Of a stretch of DNA of 64,000 nt, positions 1 through 7,942 are shown piece by piece. Numbering within the stretch: position 1 is the stretch's first letter; each line of letters begins with the position of its first letter. This DNA comes from an uncultured virus (IMG/VR IMGVR_UViG_3300020256_000002) (Duplodnaviria > Heunggongvirae > Uroviricota > Caudoviricetes). The notes under the pieces were generated by a model that was given only the letters and a program-made list of their open reading frames with translations, was not told the origin of the DNA and ran no database searches. The DNA is taken from IMG/VR virus record IMGVR_UViG_3300020256_000002, positions 1-64,000 of that record; one strand, given 5' to 3'. A program made the translations under genes and the position numbers.

Positions 1-72
1 AAGAAAAGCTTACCAGCCCCTCTGAATCAGCTTCCCCTTGAGAAAAAGACCGCTAAAGTAATACCTATACGG

Positions 73-603
73 ATGCGAGTTGGTCTTAATGAGGCACGTC
101 CTACCTTTGTTCCTGACCTTGGTGAACCGCTCTTTACGACTGATGACAGACGCTTCTGGGTAGGAGATGGTGTAACCCCTGGTGGTATCCCTGTCTCTGT
201 CTCACAGTGGCCTATAGAGGACGTATCCGACCTACAGCATTTAGAAGATGCTGAGATTGGTGACTTTGCATTCTATCGTGACCGTACTCGTTGTTTCATG
301 CTTGTTAATCCCCCACCCAGTTCTAAAGTAGCGTGGATGGAATTACAGGTTGAGCCACTGGTCTCTGACGATGAACGTAAAGCTCGACGTTATCTAAATG
401 CAGTACAAGAGTTCTTATTGGACGTCTTGTTAGAAGAACGCTTTATCAGTAATGATGAAGACAGGCTGTTGCCAAAGAAAACAACCGATGGAAAGATTGC
501 TAAGTTGATGCATGACCGTCGTGCGTTAAATACGTACCTGGCCGACACAAGTGAAGAGAAGCAATTCCCTGAACTGCAGTTTACCAGCTATAGTAAATTG
601 TAA
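73..603 (+). CDS. Hypothetical protein with an Mtd_N/tail-fibre-type N-terminal motif
   Basis: GEPLFTTDDRRFWVGDG resembles the GE-x-x-x-x-D...GDG motif at the N-terminus of phage tail-fibre/major tropism determinant proteins. Confidence 0.45.
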   Translation: MRVGLNEARPTFVPDLGEPLFTTDDRRFWVGDGVTPGGIPVSVSQWPIEDVSDLQHLEDAEIGDFAFYRDRTRCFMLVNPPPSSKVAWMELQVEPLVSDDERKARRYLNAVQEFLLDVLLEERFISNDEDRLLPKKTTDGKIAKLMHDRRALNTYLADTSEEKQFPELQFTSYSKL

Positions 604-696
604 AAAGTTAGGGGCACTTAGTCCCTTTCTTTTGACGATATAATTTTTACACTTCTATAGTTATTTATGTCTAGCCACATGGCGGAGTTTAGGTAA

Positions 697-1395
697 ATGA
701 AATACACAAAACAAAATCCGAGCGAGGACTACCTCTCACTCGCAGAGCAGTATCGCCTGCTCTACTCAACTGAAGGTGGGTCTTTAGCCAACGGAACCAA
801 ACGCGCTCCAAAAGAGATGTTTGCTAACGGGGAGTATGGTAAAGAAGCTCCTGTTATTAAACGGTTAATGGATAAGAACGATTGCCGTTCTCTTATTAAC
901 TTTGGTTGTGGTAACCCCGATGCGTTCTTCGTAAAGCCATATATCGACAAAACGATTGTGCAGAAAGACGACAAAGGTAATAAAATGAGTCCGGTTCATG
1001 ACTCTGTTTATGATTACCTTGGCCGTCCTTACGTTGTAATGTACGACCCTGGAATCGAGGAGCTCTCTGAGTATCCTACCTTCCCTGGGGAGATGGTGGT
1101 GTGCACGGATGTGTTAGAACATATTCCAGCACAAGACATTCCTTGGTTCTTAGATGAACTGTTTAATCTAACAACTAAGGTACTGCATGTTACAATTCAT
1201 CTTGGTCCGGCGGTAACATTCTTACCTGATGGTCGAAATGCCCACGTAACTGTACGACCTCGTGATTGGTGGTATCAGCAAATTGAAGCTGCCAAGAAAC
1301 GAGCCAGTCACCAAATTCACGTTAACACGGTTATGCGCTATCCTGTAGATAAAAAGGGTAACTACGTTAACATTGATTATTCCCAATACACGTAA
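697..1395 (+). CDS. Class I SAM-dependent methyltransferase-like protein
   Basis: Motif I-like SLINFGCG, YDPG and CTDVLEHIP, typical of Methyltransf_11/23-like proteins; GGAG RBS upstream. Confidence 0.7.
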   Translation: MKYTKQNPSEDYLSLAEQYRLLYSTEGGSLANGTKRAPKEMFANGEYGKEAPVIKRLMDKNDCRSLINFGCGNPDAFFVKPYIDKTIVQKDDKGNKMSPVHDSVYDYLGRPYVVMYDPGIEELSEYPTFPGEMVVCTDVLEHIPAQDIPWFLDELFNLTTKVLHVTIHLGPAVTFLPDGRNAHVTVRPRDWWYQQIEAAKKRASHQIHVNTVMRYPVDKKGNYVNIDYSQYT

Positions 1396-1412
1396 ACTGA
1401 AGGAAATCAACT

Positions 1413-2402
1413 ATGAGTGATTCTAACAAAAGCACTATCCGTCTTTACGGTTGTGGTGGCTGCGGTATCAACATCGTATCCCCATTCGCCAACAAATCAT
1501 CTGGTCGCGGTTACTCCGACATTGAAGTGGGTCTGATTGACTCCTCAACGTCTAACTATACCGCTGAGCACAAAGAGAATGACGTTCCGTTCTTCTTAGC
1601 TACAGATGAAGGTGAGGGTTCGGGTAAAGTTCGCCGTGACAACGCTGCGGTAATTAACGAAAACATTCGTGCGGCATTGCAGAAACAACCACCTGCTGGT
1701 TTCAACATTGTTGTCTTCTCTACCTCTGGCGGTACGGGTTCTGTAGTAGGGCCTCTTCTGGTTAAAGAACTGTTGAAGCGTGGTATTCCTGCCATCGCTA
1801 TTGCAGTAGGTTCTTCTGAGTCATCTATCACTGCACTAAACAGTCTGAACACCCTGAAGTCTCTGGCGGCTATTGGTGACTCGTTGGATAAACCAACTAT
1901 CATCAGTTACCACCACAACAGTGCAACTACTCGACGTAGTCAGGTAGACGCAACTTGTAATGCAACAATCCAAGCCATGGCTGCTCTGTGTTCACAGCAG
2001 AACGATGAGCTTGACCAACGTGATGTCCGTAACTGGGCTTTCTATAATCACTCAACTTCAGTACCGGCTCAACTGTCAGTACTTGAGATTTGTGATTCGG
2101 TGGAAGTAGCAAAGCAAATCGACGCACCTATCTCAGTGGCGACGCTACTGGTTGATAAAGATGCACCGGCTCCTGAACTGATGCCTGAATACTCTTGTAT
2201 TGGTTATCGTTTGGATGGTCTGGAAGATGGGCTGACTGAACTACACTACATCATCTCGGTAGATGGTATTGCTGATTTAATCAAATACCGCCAAGAAGAA
2301 GTAGACAATTACAGTCGTGCTACTGAATCGCGCAACGTTAATACACGTAGAGTATTGTCGGGCACCGACCAAATCGATGCAGACACTGACTTGATTTTAT
2401 AA
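1413..2402 (+). CDS. phuZ: PhuZ phage tubulin
   Basis: GCGGCG, GSGK and the tubulin signature SGGTGS; LDQRD T7-like loop; 329 aa with an acidic/hydrophobic C-tail; jumbo-phage context. Confidence 0.93.
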   Translation: MSDSNKSTIRLYGCGGCGINIVSPFANKSSGRGYSDIEVGLIDSSTSNYTAEHKENDVPFFLATDEGEGSGKVRRDNAAVINENIRAALQKQPPAGFNIVVFSTSGGTGSVVGPLLVKELLKRGIPAIAIAVGSSESSITALNSLNTLKSLAAIGDSLDKPTIISYHHNSATTRRSQVDATCNATIQAMAALCSQQNDELDQRDVRNWAFYNHSTSVPAQLSVLEICDSVEVAKQIDAPISVATLLVDKDAPAPELMPEYSCIGYRLDGLEDGLTELHYIISVDGIADLIKYRQEEVDNYSRATESRNVNTRRVLSGTDQIDADTDLIL

Positions 2403-2429
2403 AAGTTAAGTTAAAAATACCTATAGTAT

Positions 2430-2939
2430 GTAGACGGGTGTACTTTTAAGGTTCTCGTCGGCGTTGCTGTGGTTACCCCGGCGGGGACGCAGCTGATTCT
2501 CTGGTGTGGGAGTTTTTCAATTTCGCCTTACACCATGACTCTGAGCCGTGCGCTGACGGCAGAGGCACACTTCACCAACGACGAAAGTGCCCATGTAAGC
2601 TAGCGGTACCCTGCCGGGGTTGAACCAGGCTGGAAAGAGTCGGGGGTTCCTTTAATTAGGAGCGCCCGCCTCGGACCAGTTCTAACGGTTTTTAAAAAAT
2701 TACAATCTGGCAAACACAAAGCTCCCTTAAATGGGAATTGGTTATAGTGGTCCACAAGGACTAACTGCTTCGAACGAGAGATGTCTTACATTACGCCCCA
2801 ATGGATTTGTAAGCATTACCTCTAGTAGGGTGATAAGAAAGTGCATAAGCGATAATTCCCCCGTGGTCAATATCCATTAGAACATTGACTAGAACATCTA
2901 AGTATGTGACGGCCGATGCCGTCGCTTATGCCGTCTTAC
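2430..2939 (+). ncRNA. Candidate large structured non-coding RNA (unassigned family)
   Basis: 594-nt gap with no ORF in the track; many stems (2475-2486/2609-2620, 2502-2510/2527-2535, 2630-2679, 2843-2852/2922-2931); possible end-to-end pairing 2430-2437/2931-2939; TATG at 2427-2430. Confidence 0.6.
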
Positions 2940-2953
2940 CTATTTTTTTATAA

Positions 2954-2972
2954 AGATATATTATCTTGGTGA
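2954..2972 (+). promoter_or_regulatory. Early-type phage promoter motif AGATATATTATCTTGGTGA
   Basis: Near-identical copies at 15445, 26886 and 31886; degenerate copies at 11582, 18218, 28492, 40669, 48549 and 49162, all upstream of + strand genes; resembles the phiKZ early motif TATATTAC. Confidence 0.7.
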
Positions 2973-2996
2973 AGTAAACAAATAAAAGGAAAGGTA

Positions 2997-3248
2997 ATGA
3001 AACTTATTATAGTTGTATCTGACGATATCGAGGTGGTGGGGAAATCTGAGAAGGGAGACTTCTTACAAACCAGAAAGCTCTGCGACCCAGAACACATCTA
3101 CATTGTGTTGGGAAGCGGGGACATGCCCGAAGGGATAATTGCCCATCTGAATAAAGTATATGGGACACTCCAAGTAGCTACTACGTTTACAGCAACGTTA
3201 CCGGTGTTTACCCCTGACGATAAGGTATACGTCCACACAACGGACTAG
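2997..3248 (+). CDS. Hypothetical protein
   Basis: 83-aa ORF with AATAAAAGGA RBS, downstream of the early motif. Confidence 0.6.
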   Translation: MKLIIVVSDDIEVVGKSEKGDFLQTRKLCDPEHIYIVLGSGDMPEGIIAHLNKVYGTLQVATTFTATLPVFTPDDKVYVHTTD

Positions 3249-3356
3249 CCCCTTTAAATCTTTCCAGAGAAGCACGTAGAGGGTAGATTAAACATTAAAT
3301 AGTACTACCGTATCCCCAGTATATCCTAATTGATTACAGCGGTATACAGGCCGTAT

Positions 3357-3385
3357 AAAATTTACATAGAATGCTTTTAGTATAG
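3357..3385 (+). promoter_or_regulatory. Middle-type promoter AAAATTTAC-N15-TATAG
   Basis: Same TAC-N15-TAT(AG/GT) spacing at nine intergenic sites in the window. Confidence 0.7.
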
Positions 3386-3426
3386 GGGGAGGAATCTATA
3401 TCCTCTATATAAACGGGAGAGGCAAA

Positions 3427-3801
3427 ATGAGTAAGAGACAACGTCTTGTTATCTTAGATGCCGGATGGGAAATAAGAGCAGTCACTACCTATGTAAAAGA
3501 GATACTAACGGAGTACCCAGAGTATCAACATTTACAGGATAATATTGTAGAGCTTATCATCCACCAACGTCTAAGAGAATTCTCGCTGATGTTTGCTGCA
3601 CACTTACCACAACACAATTCACGTGCACCCATCCCTGATAGTCTATACCGTTACCTACATTCTGTACCAACGGAACTGACAGGACGTGTAGACAAAGAAC
3701 TGTATAAACGGGAGCGTCACATGCGAACTTTACTTGGTGAAGTGCAAGTGGCAAACATTAAAATAAAAATACGCGAGTCATTATTGGAGATAACATGTTG
3801 A
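3427..3801 (+). CDS. Hypothetical protein (small-paralog array member)
   Basis: 124-aa ORF with GGAGAGG RBS; first gene of a tightly coupled operon. Confidence 0.7.
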   Translation: MSKRQRLVILDAGWEIRAVTTYVKEILTEYPEYQHLQDNIVELIIHQRLREFSLMFAAHLPQHNSRAPIPDSLYRYLHSVPTELTGRVDKELYKRERHMRTLLGEVQVANIKIKIRESLLEITC

Positions 3802-4322
3802 AGTTGAAATACCCAATCTACAAAATGGTGCGGGATTCTAAAGACGTTATCATGTCTGGTTGTTTTATACTGGACGGAACAACGTTGAAGAACTGTGCCA
3901 GGGCAAATTTTGCTGATGAGGGGTTTGAACTGCCTGAGTCGGAAGAAGGTCTTGAGACATTTATCGTCGATAGTTTCCAAGATGTAATTGCCAACAACGT
4001 GGAATACGATGCTGGTTCCAAATACGTCTCCATTCGTGTATTGGAAAAACTACACGGTAAGAAGTGGACAGGCGATTCGACATATGTCATGGACTACGCT
4101 GAAATGTTAATGACGAATATTTTTAAGCGTCATCCTTTTGGCATGTGGGACGTGTTCTTTAGAAATGGTGGTCTGTTTGTTATCTACCAAGGTAACTACG
4201 CGGAAGTATTGTATCGCTACATGAAACATACTAACTCGACAGAGATTCCATCTATTGAAAAGCTGGTAAGTTTCTCTATTACTGGTACAGTCCAAGAAGA
4301 CGGCATTTCAGATTTCAGGTAG
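3795..4322 (+). CDS. Hypothetical protein
   Basis: 175-aa ORF overlapping the previous stop; GGAG RBS. Confidence 0.7.
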   Translation: MLKLKYPIYKMVRDSKDVIMSGCFILDGTTLKNCARANFADEGFELPESEEGLETFIVDSFQDVIANNVEYDAGSKYVSIRVLEKLHGKKWTGDSTYVMDYAEMLMTNIFKRHPFGMWDVFFRNGGLFVIYQGNYAEVLYRYMKHTNSTEIPSIEKLVSFSITGTVQEDGISDFR

Positions 4323-4327
4323 GTAAT

Positions 4328-4810
4328 ATGGCAAACGCACTTGGAGCAATCTTTGATTTAGGCCCAGCGATTAGCCAAACTAAGAAAGCCTTGAGTATTC
4401 ACGACAGTCTTATATTAGACATGGTTAATTGGCGACCTTGGGTTGAGGCGGAGTTACGTCTTATCCTTGAACCAATGAATCCCATGAGCTATTGGGAAGA
4501 GAAAGAATATGAAGAGGCTCAGTTTGGTGACATGGGCTTTCCAACAGATAACATCGAACGGGCACGTAAAGTAATGCGTAATCTGCTAACCGAAATGGTG
4601 GCTAATGCATTAGGTCCTGTTCGTGACCATCATCTGTACGAGGTTGAATTTCTGGACGTTGACGCTGCGGGAGCTGTGTACAACCTAAAGATTATCGACC
4701 GGGGTGACCGTCGCGCACTCGAGTATGAGCGTCACTTGAAAGAAGAGGCTATGTTCGAAGAGGCGGGTGGTTACGTTCCTGAGCGGATGCGTTCTGCTTA
4801 CAGTTACTGA
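4328..4810 (+). CDS. Hypothetical protein
   Basis: 160-aa ORF, coupled spacing. Confidence 0.7.
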   Translation: MANALGAIFDLGPAISQTKKALSIHDSLILDMVNWRPWVEAELRLILEPMNPMSYWEEKEYEEAQFGDMGFPTDNIERARKVMRNLLTEMVANALGPVRDHHLYEVEFLDVDAAGAVYNLKIIDRGDRRALEYERHLKEEAMFEEAGGYVPERMRSAYSY

Positions 4811-4821
4811 GGTATGACAAA

Positions 4822-5199
4822 ATGAGCAAAGTAGTTTGCGTTATTCCTGGCGATAGCGTTGAACGGGCTTTGCAGGGTGAAAACATCCTGATAGAAGATT
4901 TTGTGCAAATGACGAGACAAGACTTTATCCTTAGCACCATTTACCTAATGGCTGAAGTTGGGTTCTCGTCACTGCGCAGAGCAAATGAAGATTTGGCTAG
5001 AAGGATGTGGTATAACCGAATGGAAATGTATAATTTCTGGGATGTGGGTATGAGTTCTGAAGAAGATGAACTTATTGCCCACGTAGGTTTTACCTATGCC
5101 CGATATTTGCTTTCTTTCTACCAACTGGATGAGTTCCTCTGCGGTATAGAGATAAGTGTAGAACTATTAAACGGAGATGTATATATCTATGGCCACTAA
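4822..5199 (+). CDS. Hypothetical protein
   Basis: 125-aa ORF, GAGG RBS. Confidence 0.7.
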   Translation: MSKVVCVIPGDSVERALQGENILIEDFVQMTRQDFILSTIYLMAEVGFSSLRRANEDLARRMWYNRMEMYNFWDVGMSSEEDELIAHVGFTYARYLLSFYQLDEFLCGIEISVELLNGDVYIYGH

Positions 5200-5557
5200 T
5201 AAACCGATTGTGGTTATTATCAACACTGACCGTTTACGGTACGAGTTGGAACACCACCGTAGCCCAGTATACTCCACAGATACATCCTTTGGTTTATCGT
5301 TCGAAGACATACTTCAATTGCTATCCGCATTAGCGCCTCACAGCGATGATGTGGATGCGGTATCGGAGATGTCTTACGATATTGCAGAGAGTATGGAGTT
5401 TGCTGATGGTAACGATTACAACGCACTGGTTGCCTTGCTTAATGATACCATTCGATTCATTAACAAGAACCTAGGGGAAGTAGCACGGGCGTACCCTAAA
5501 CGTCAAGCTTACTTTTCTGAGTTGAAAGGAAACAGTGCATTCTTTTTACTGGAGTAG
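5189..5557 (+). CDS. Hypothetical protein
   Basis: Start moved to MATNK (5189), downstream of GGAG. Confidence 0.65.
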   Translation: MATNKPIVVIINTDRLRYELEHHRSPVYSTDTSFGLSFEDILQLLSALAPHSDDVDAVSEMSYDIAESMEFADGNDYNALVALLNDTIRFINKNLGEVARAYPKRQAYFSELKGNSAFFLLE

Positions 5558-5560
5558 CTT

Positions 5561-5968
5561 ATGAAGAAAGAACACGCTATTCTACCAACACGTGATATCT
5601 CAAGGGAACTGGCTGAACTTATTGTTGAGTGTGATATCCCAGAAGTAGATTACGAAAAACTAACCATGGTATTGTTAGATGCAGCACTTGCCTTTAATGA
5701 TACCAACTGGGCGATGATGAATGACGTTATTCACAATAACCTACTTGCCTTAGGTACTGAAATAGGCTTGGTTACTATGGACGCTGTTCCTCTAGCTGAT
5801 GTACCTAATCTCCACGACACGCTAAGTAACTTGGCGGTAAAGCTTTATCGTACGATGGTGGCTTTGGAGTTAGACCGTTTTAACAATGACCCAAATAAAG
5901 ATTGGCCATGTATTACTATACTGGACATGTCCCATCAAGGAGATTTGGTTGTAGAAATCTGTGGCTAG
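5561..5968 (+). CDS. Hypothetical protein, tandem paralog A
   Basis: 135 aa; aligns colinearly with 5978..6385. Confidence 0.75.
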   Translation: MKKEHAILPTRDISRELAELIVECDIPEVDYEKLTMVLLDAALAFNDTNWAMMNDVIHNNLLALGTEIGLVTMDAVPLADVPNLHDTLSNLAVKLYRTMVALELDRFNNDPNKDWPCITILDMSHQGDLVVEICG

Positions 5969-5977
5969 GAGAACAAC

Positions 5978-6385
5978 ATGGCAAAAGAACGTGCTATGTT
6001 ACCTAGTGCAGAATTTTCTACATTGGTAACAGACCTTATGAACAGGTCAGGGCTTTTGGAAATCGACCCAGAGGTATTTGTCAACATCATTATAGATGCT
6101 GCGCAAGTAGTTCACCCTAACAATTTCTATGAACCCTACGACACTGTTAATAATCATCTATTGGGATTGGAAGAAGAGTACGCTGGTATCTCTGCTGGAC
6201 ATACCCCCATTCCAGATATACCAAACCTGAGCGATGACCTTTGTGAGTTAGCGCAGCGTGCCAATCGAATAATGTTACGGATAGGACTCGGTGCTTTAAA
6301 TACCGACCCTGAAAGGAACCTACCTACATTGTACGTGATTGAGATGCTACCGTCCGGAGATGTAATAGTGGAAGTTATGAACTAA
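5978..6385 (+). CDS. Hypothetical protein, tandem paralog B
   Basis: 135 aa; shares KE-A-LP, DAA, N-LL-L, D-PNL, N-DP and GD-VE motifs with paralog A. Confidence 0.75.
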   Translation: MAKERAMLPSAEFSTLVTDLMNRSGLLEIDPEVFVNIIIDAAQVVHPNNFYEPYDTVNNHLLGLEEEYAGISAGHTPIPDIPNLSDDLCELAQRANRIMLRIGLGALNTDPERNLPTLYVIEMLPSGDVIVEVMN

Positions 6386-6394
6386 GGAGGTTGT

Positions 6395-6676
6395 ATGAAA
6401 GTAGTACTTGTCCAACCTCTGCGGTTGTCGTACTACATGGACAGAATCTATCGGGAATTCCAAATAGATGACGTACCAGAACCCATTGATATTCTATCGG
6501 CTGTGTTTAGAAAGGAAATGGAGAAACCGGTGGAAGAGATGCATCCAGCATTTTTAGATTTACTAGAATTGCTACTGGATACTCTTTCATCGTATGGTGT
6601 TAAACTAGATTTCTTCTCTGTGGCTGGACTTGAGGCTATAGACGAATGTAAATCCCTAATGATTAAGGTTATGTAG
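6395..6676 (+). CDS. Hypothetical protein
   Basis: 93-aa ORF with AAGGAGG RBS. Confidence 0.7.
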   Translation: MKVVLVQPLRLSYYMDRIYREFQIDDVPEPIDILSAVFRKEMEKPVEEMHPAFLDLLELLLDTLSSYGVKLDFFSVAGLEAIDECKSLMIKVM

Positions 6677-6678
6677 CA

Positions 6679-7092
6679 ATGGAAGTAATTCCCGGTATAA
6701 AACTTGGGGACGTAGTTAGCTTCAGCGTATTTGAAAACGTGAAGGCTGTACTACCAACTAAGTTTGACAACGTTAAAGTAGTGGGCAGTTTAGATGCCGA
6801 CTCTGCTAAGGCATTGATAGACCCATATACGCTTCATCGCAATATCTATCCAATGCTTGCACAGGGTACCGCACCCGACGACCCTACTCAGTACTATTAC
6901 ATTAAGGTTAAGCTGCCGAATGGGCAATTTACGGCCGTAGGTATCCCATGGATTAATCCTACGACAATTGAACAACGCGATTCCAGCACTGCGGTAGTTA
7001 GAATCCAAAATATCAGCTCAACCGATTTAACCCGACTCCGTAATCACATTGCGGCTGCCGGTTGGACACTAGTGGACGCTAAGATGGTATAA
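6679..7092 (+). CDS. Probable conserved phiKZ-like hypothetical protein upstream of the DNA polymerase
   Basis: 137 aa; H-NIYP...DDP--Y-Y...GIPWI pattern; position relative to the polymerase gene. Confidence 0.6.
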   Translation: MEVIPGIKLGDVVSFSVFENVKAVLPTKFDNVKVVGSLDADSAKALIDPYTLHRNIYPMLAQGTAPDDPTQYYYIKVKLPNGQFTAVGIPWINPTTIEQRDSSTAVVRIQNISSTDLTRLRNHIAAAGWTLVDAKMV

Positions 7093-7096
7093 ACTC

Positions 7097-7330
7097 ATGG
7101 ACAGGTTCGATGTACGAAGATACGGAAACAGAACGCAGTATATTTCTAAGTCGTATCCACATATATCGATAACGTTAAATGGGTTTGACCAACATGCACT
7201 GATTCGTGTCAAGCGCGATATTATGGTAGACATAGTGCTACTGATAAAGCGTAACCTGCGTATAACCCTCGCTGAAGAACTTGAGAGGTTATTACGTATG
7301 GGGCGTGGGGAGCAACATAGAGTTTATTAG
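7097..7330 (+). CDS. Hypothetical protein
   Basis: 77-aa ORF ending at a hairpin. Confidence 0.5.
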   Translation: MDRFDVRRYGNRTQYISKSYPHISITLNGFDQHALIRVKRDIMVDIVLLIKRNLRITLAEELERLLRMGRGEQHRVY

Positions 7331-7360
7331 GGAGGTACTTACCTCCCTAGTTATGCCGTT
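7328..7360 (+). terminator. Hairpin + TTATGCCGTT element (candidate non-canonical terminator)
   Basis: TAGGGAGGTA/TACCTCCCTA inverted repeat followed by TTATGCCGTT with no U-tract; the motif recurs about 14 times. Confidence 0.55.
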
Positions 7361-7378
7361 TAAATATAAAAGGAGAAA

Positions 7379-7807
7379 ATGGCAATGTGGAATATACAAG
7401 TACACGCAATAAAAGGCACCGTCGATGTGGCGGATGAATTTGTTACTGAGGGAGATGTTCTTGAACGGGCGCTCGAACTGAGTAGAAAACACATGGGTCA
7501 CACGGTTACAGTTTGGGGATTTGCCCGTATGCGTTACCGTATTAAAGATGGTAAGGTAGAGGTCAATCAAAGTAACTACGACCACTACTACACCATTGAA
7601 GATGATGGGGATATGGCGTCTGCATTAATTTTCTCCGAATGCATCATTCATGACAATGAAGGTACCGTAGAGGAAGAACTAAAGAAATTGGGTGCGGACG
7701 AAATGCGTAGACGTATCATGGAGGCGATTTGTCCCGCTACATTACGCGAAGATAGAGATGCCTTCGAGGTGTGGTATCGTTGCCGCATGAGACACTACTT
7801 TTATTAA
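7379..7807 (+). CDS. Hypothetical protein
   Basis: 142-aa ORF with AAAGGAG RBS. Confidence 0.7.
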   Translation: MAMWNIQVHAIKGTVDVADEFVTEGDVLERALELSRKHMGHTVTVWGFARMRYRIKDGKVEVNQSNYDHYYTIEDDGDMASALIFSECIIHDNEGTVEEELKKLGADEMRRRIMEAICPATLREDRDAFEVWYRCRMRHYFY

Positions 7808-7890
7808 AAGGTGACATATCCAATTAAGGAGGGGTAGATTCCTACCCCTTAAATGAAAAGAGGCATAGCCTCTTTTTTTTGTTTAAACGA

Positions 7891-7918
7891 AAAAATACTG
7901 TACTCCATTTTAATATAG
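7891..7918 (+). promoter_or_regulatory. Middle-type promoter AAAAATAC-N15-TATAG for the DNA polymerase gene
   Basis: TAC at 7896-7898, TATAG at 7914-7918. Confidence 0.7.
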
Positions 7919-7942
7919 AAGTTCTAACTAAAGGAATTCGAG

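Noticed and set aside
2489..2640. tmRNA-like GCTGATTCT(CT)GG, group II intron DV-like GAGCCGTG and hammerhead-like CTGA...GAAA fragments in the candidate ncRNA
   Set aside because: The rest of each consensus is missing: no tRNA-like 3' end with CCA, no DV 3' arm, no CUGANGA core. Left unassigned.
2641..2700. tRNA-like start GGGGGTTCCTTTAATTAGGAGC
   Set aside because: No anticodon or T arm (no TTCG/TTCA loop) and no acceptor pairing; it folds as a simple interrupted hairpin
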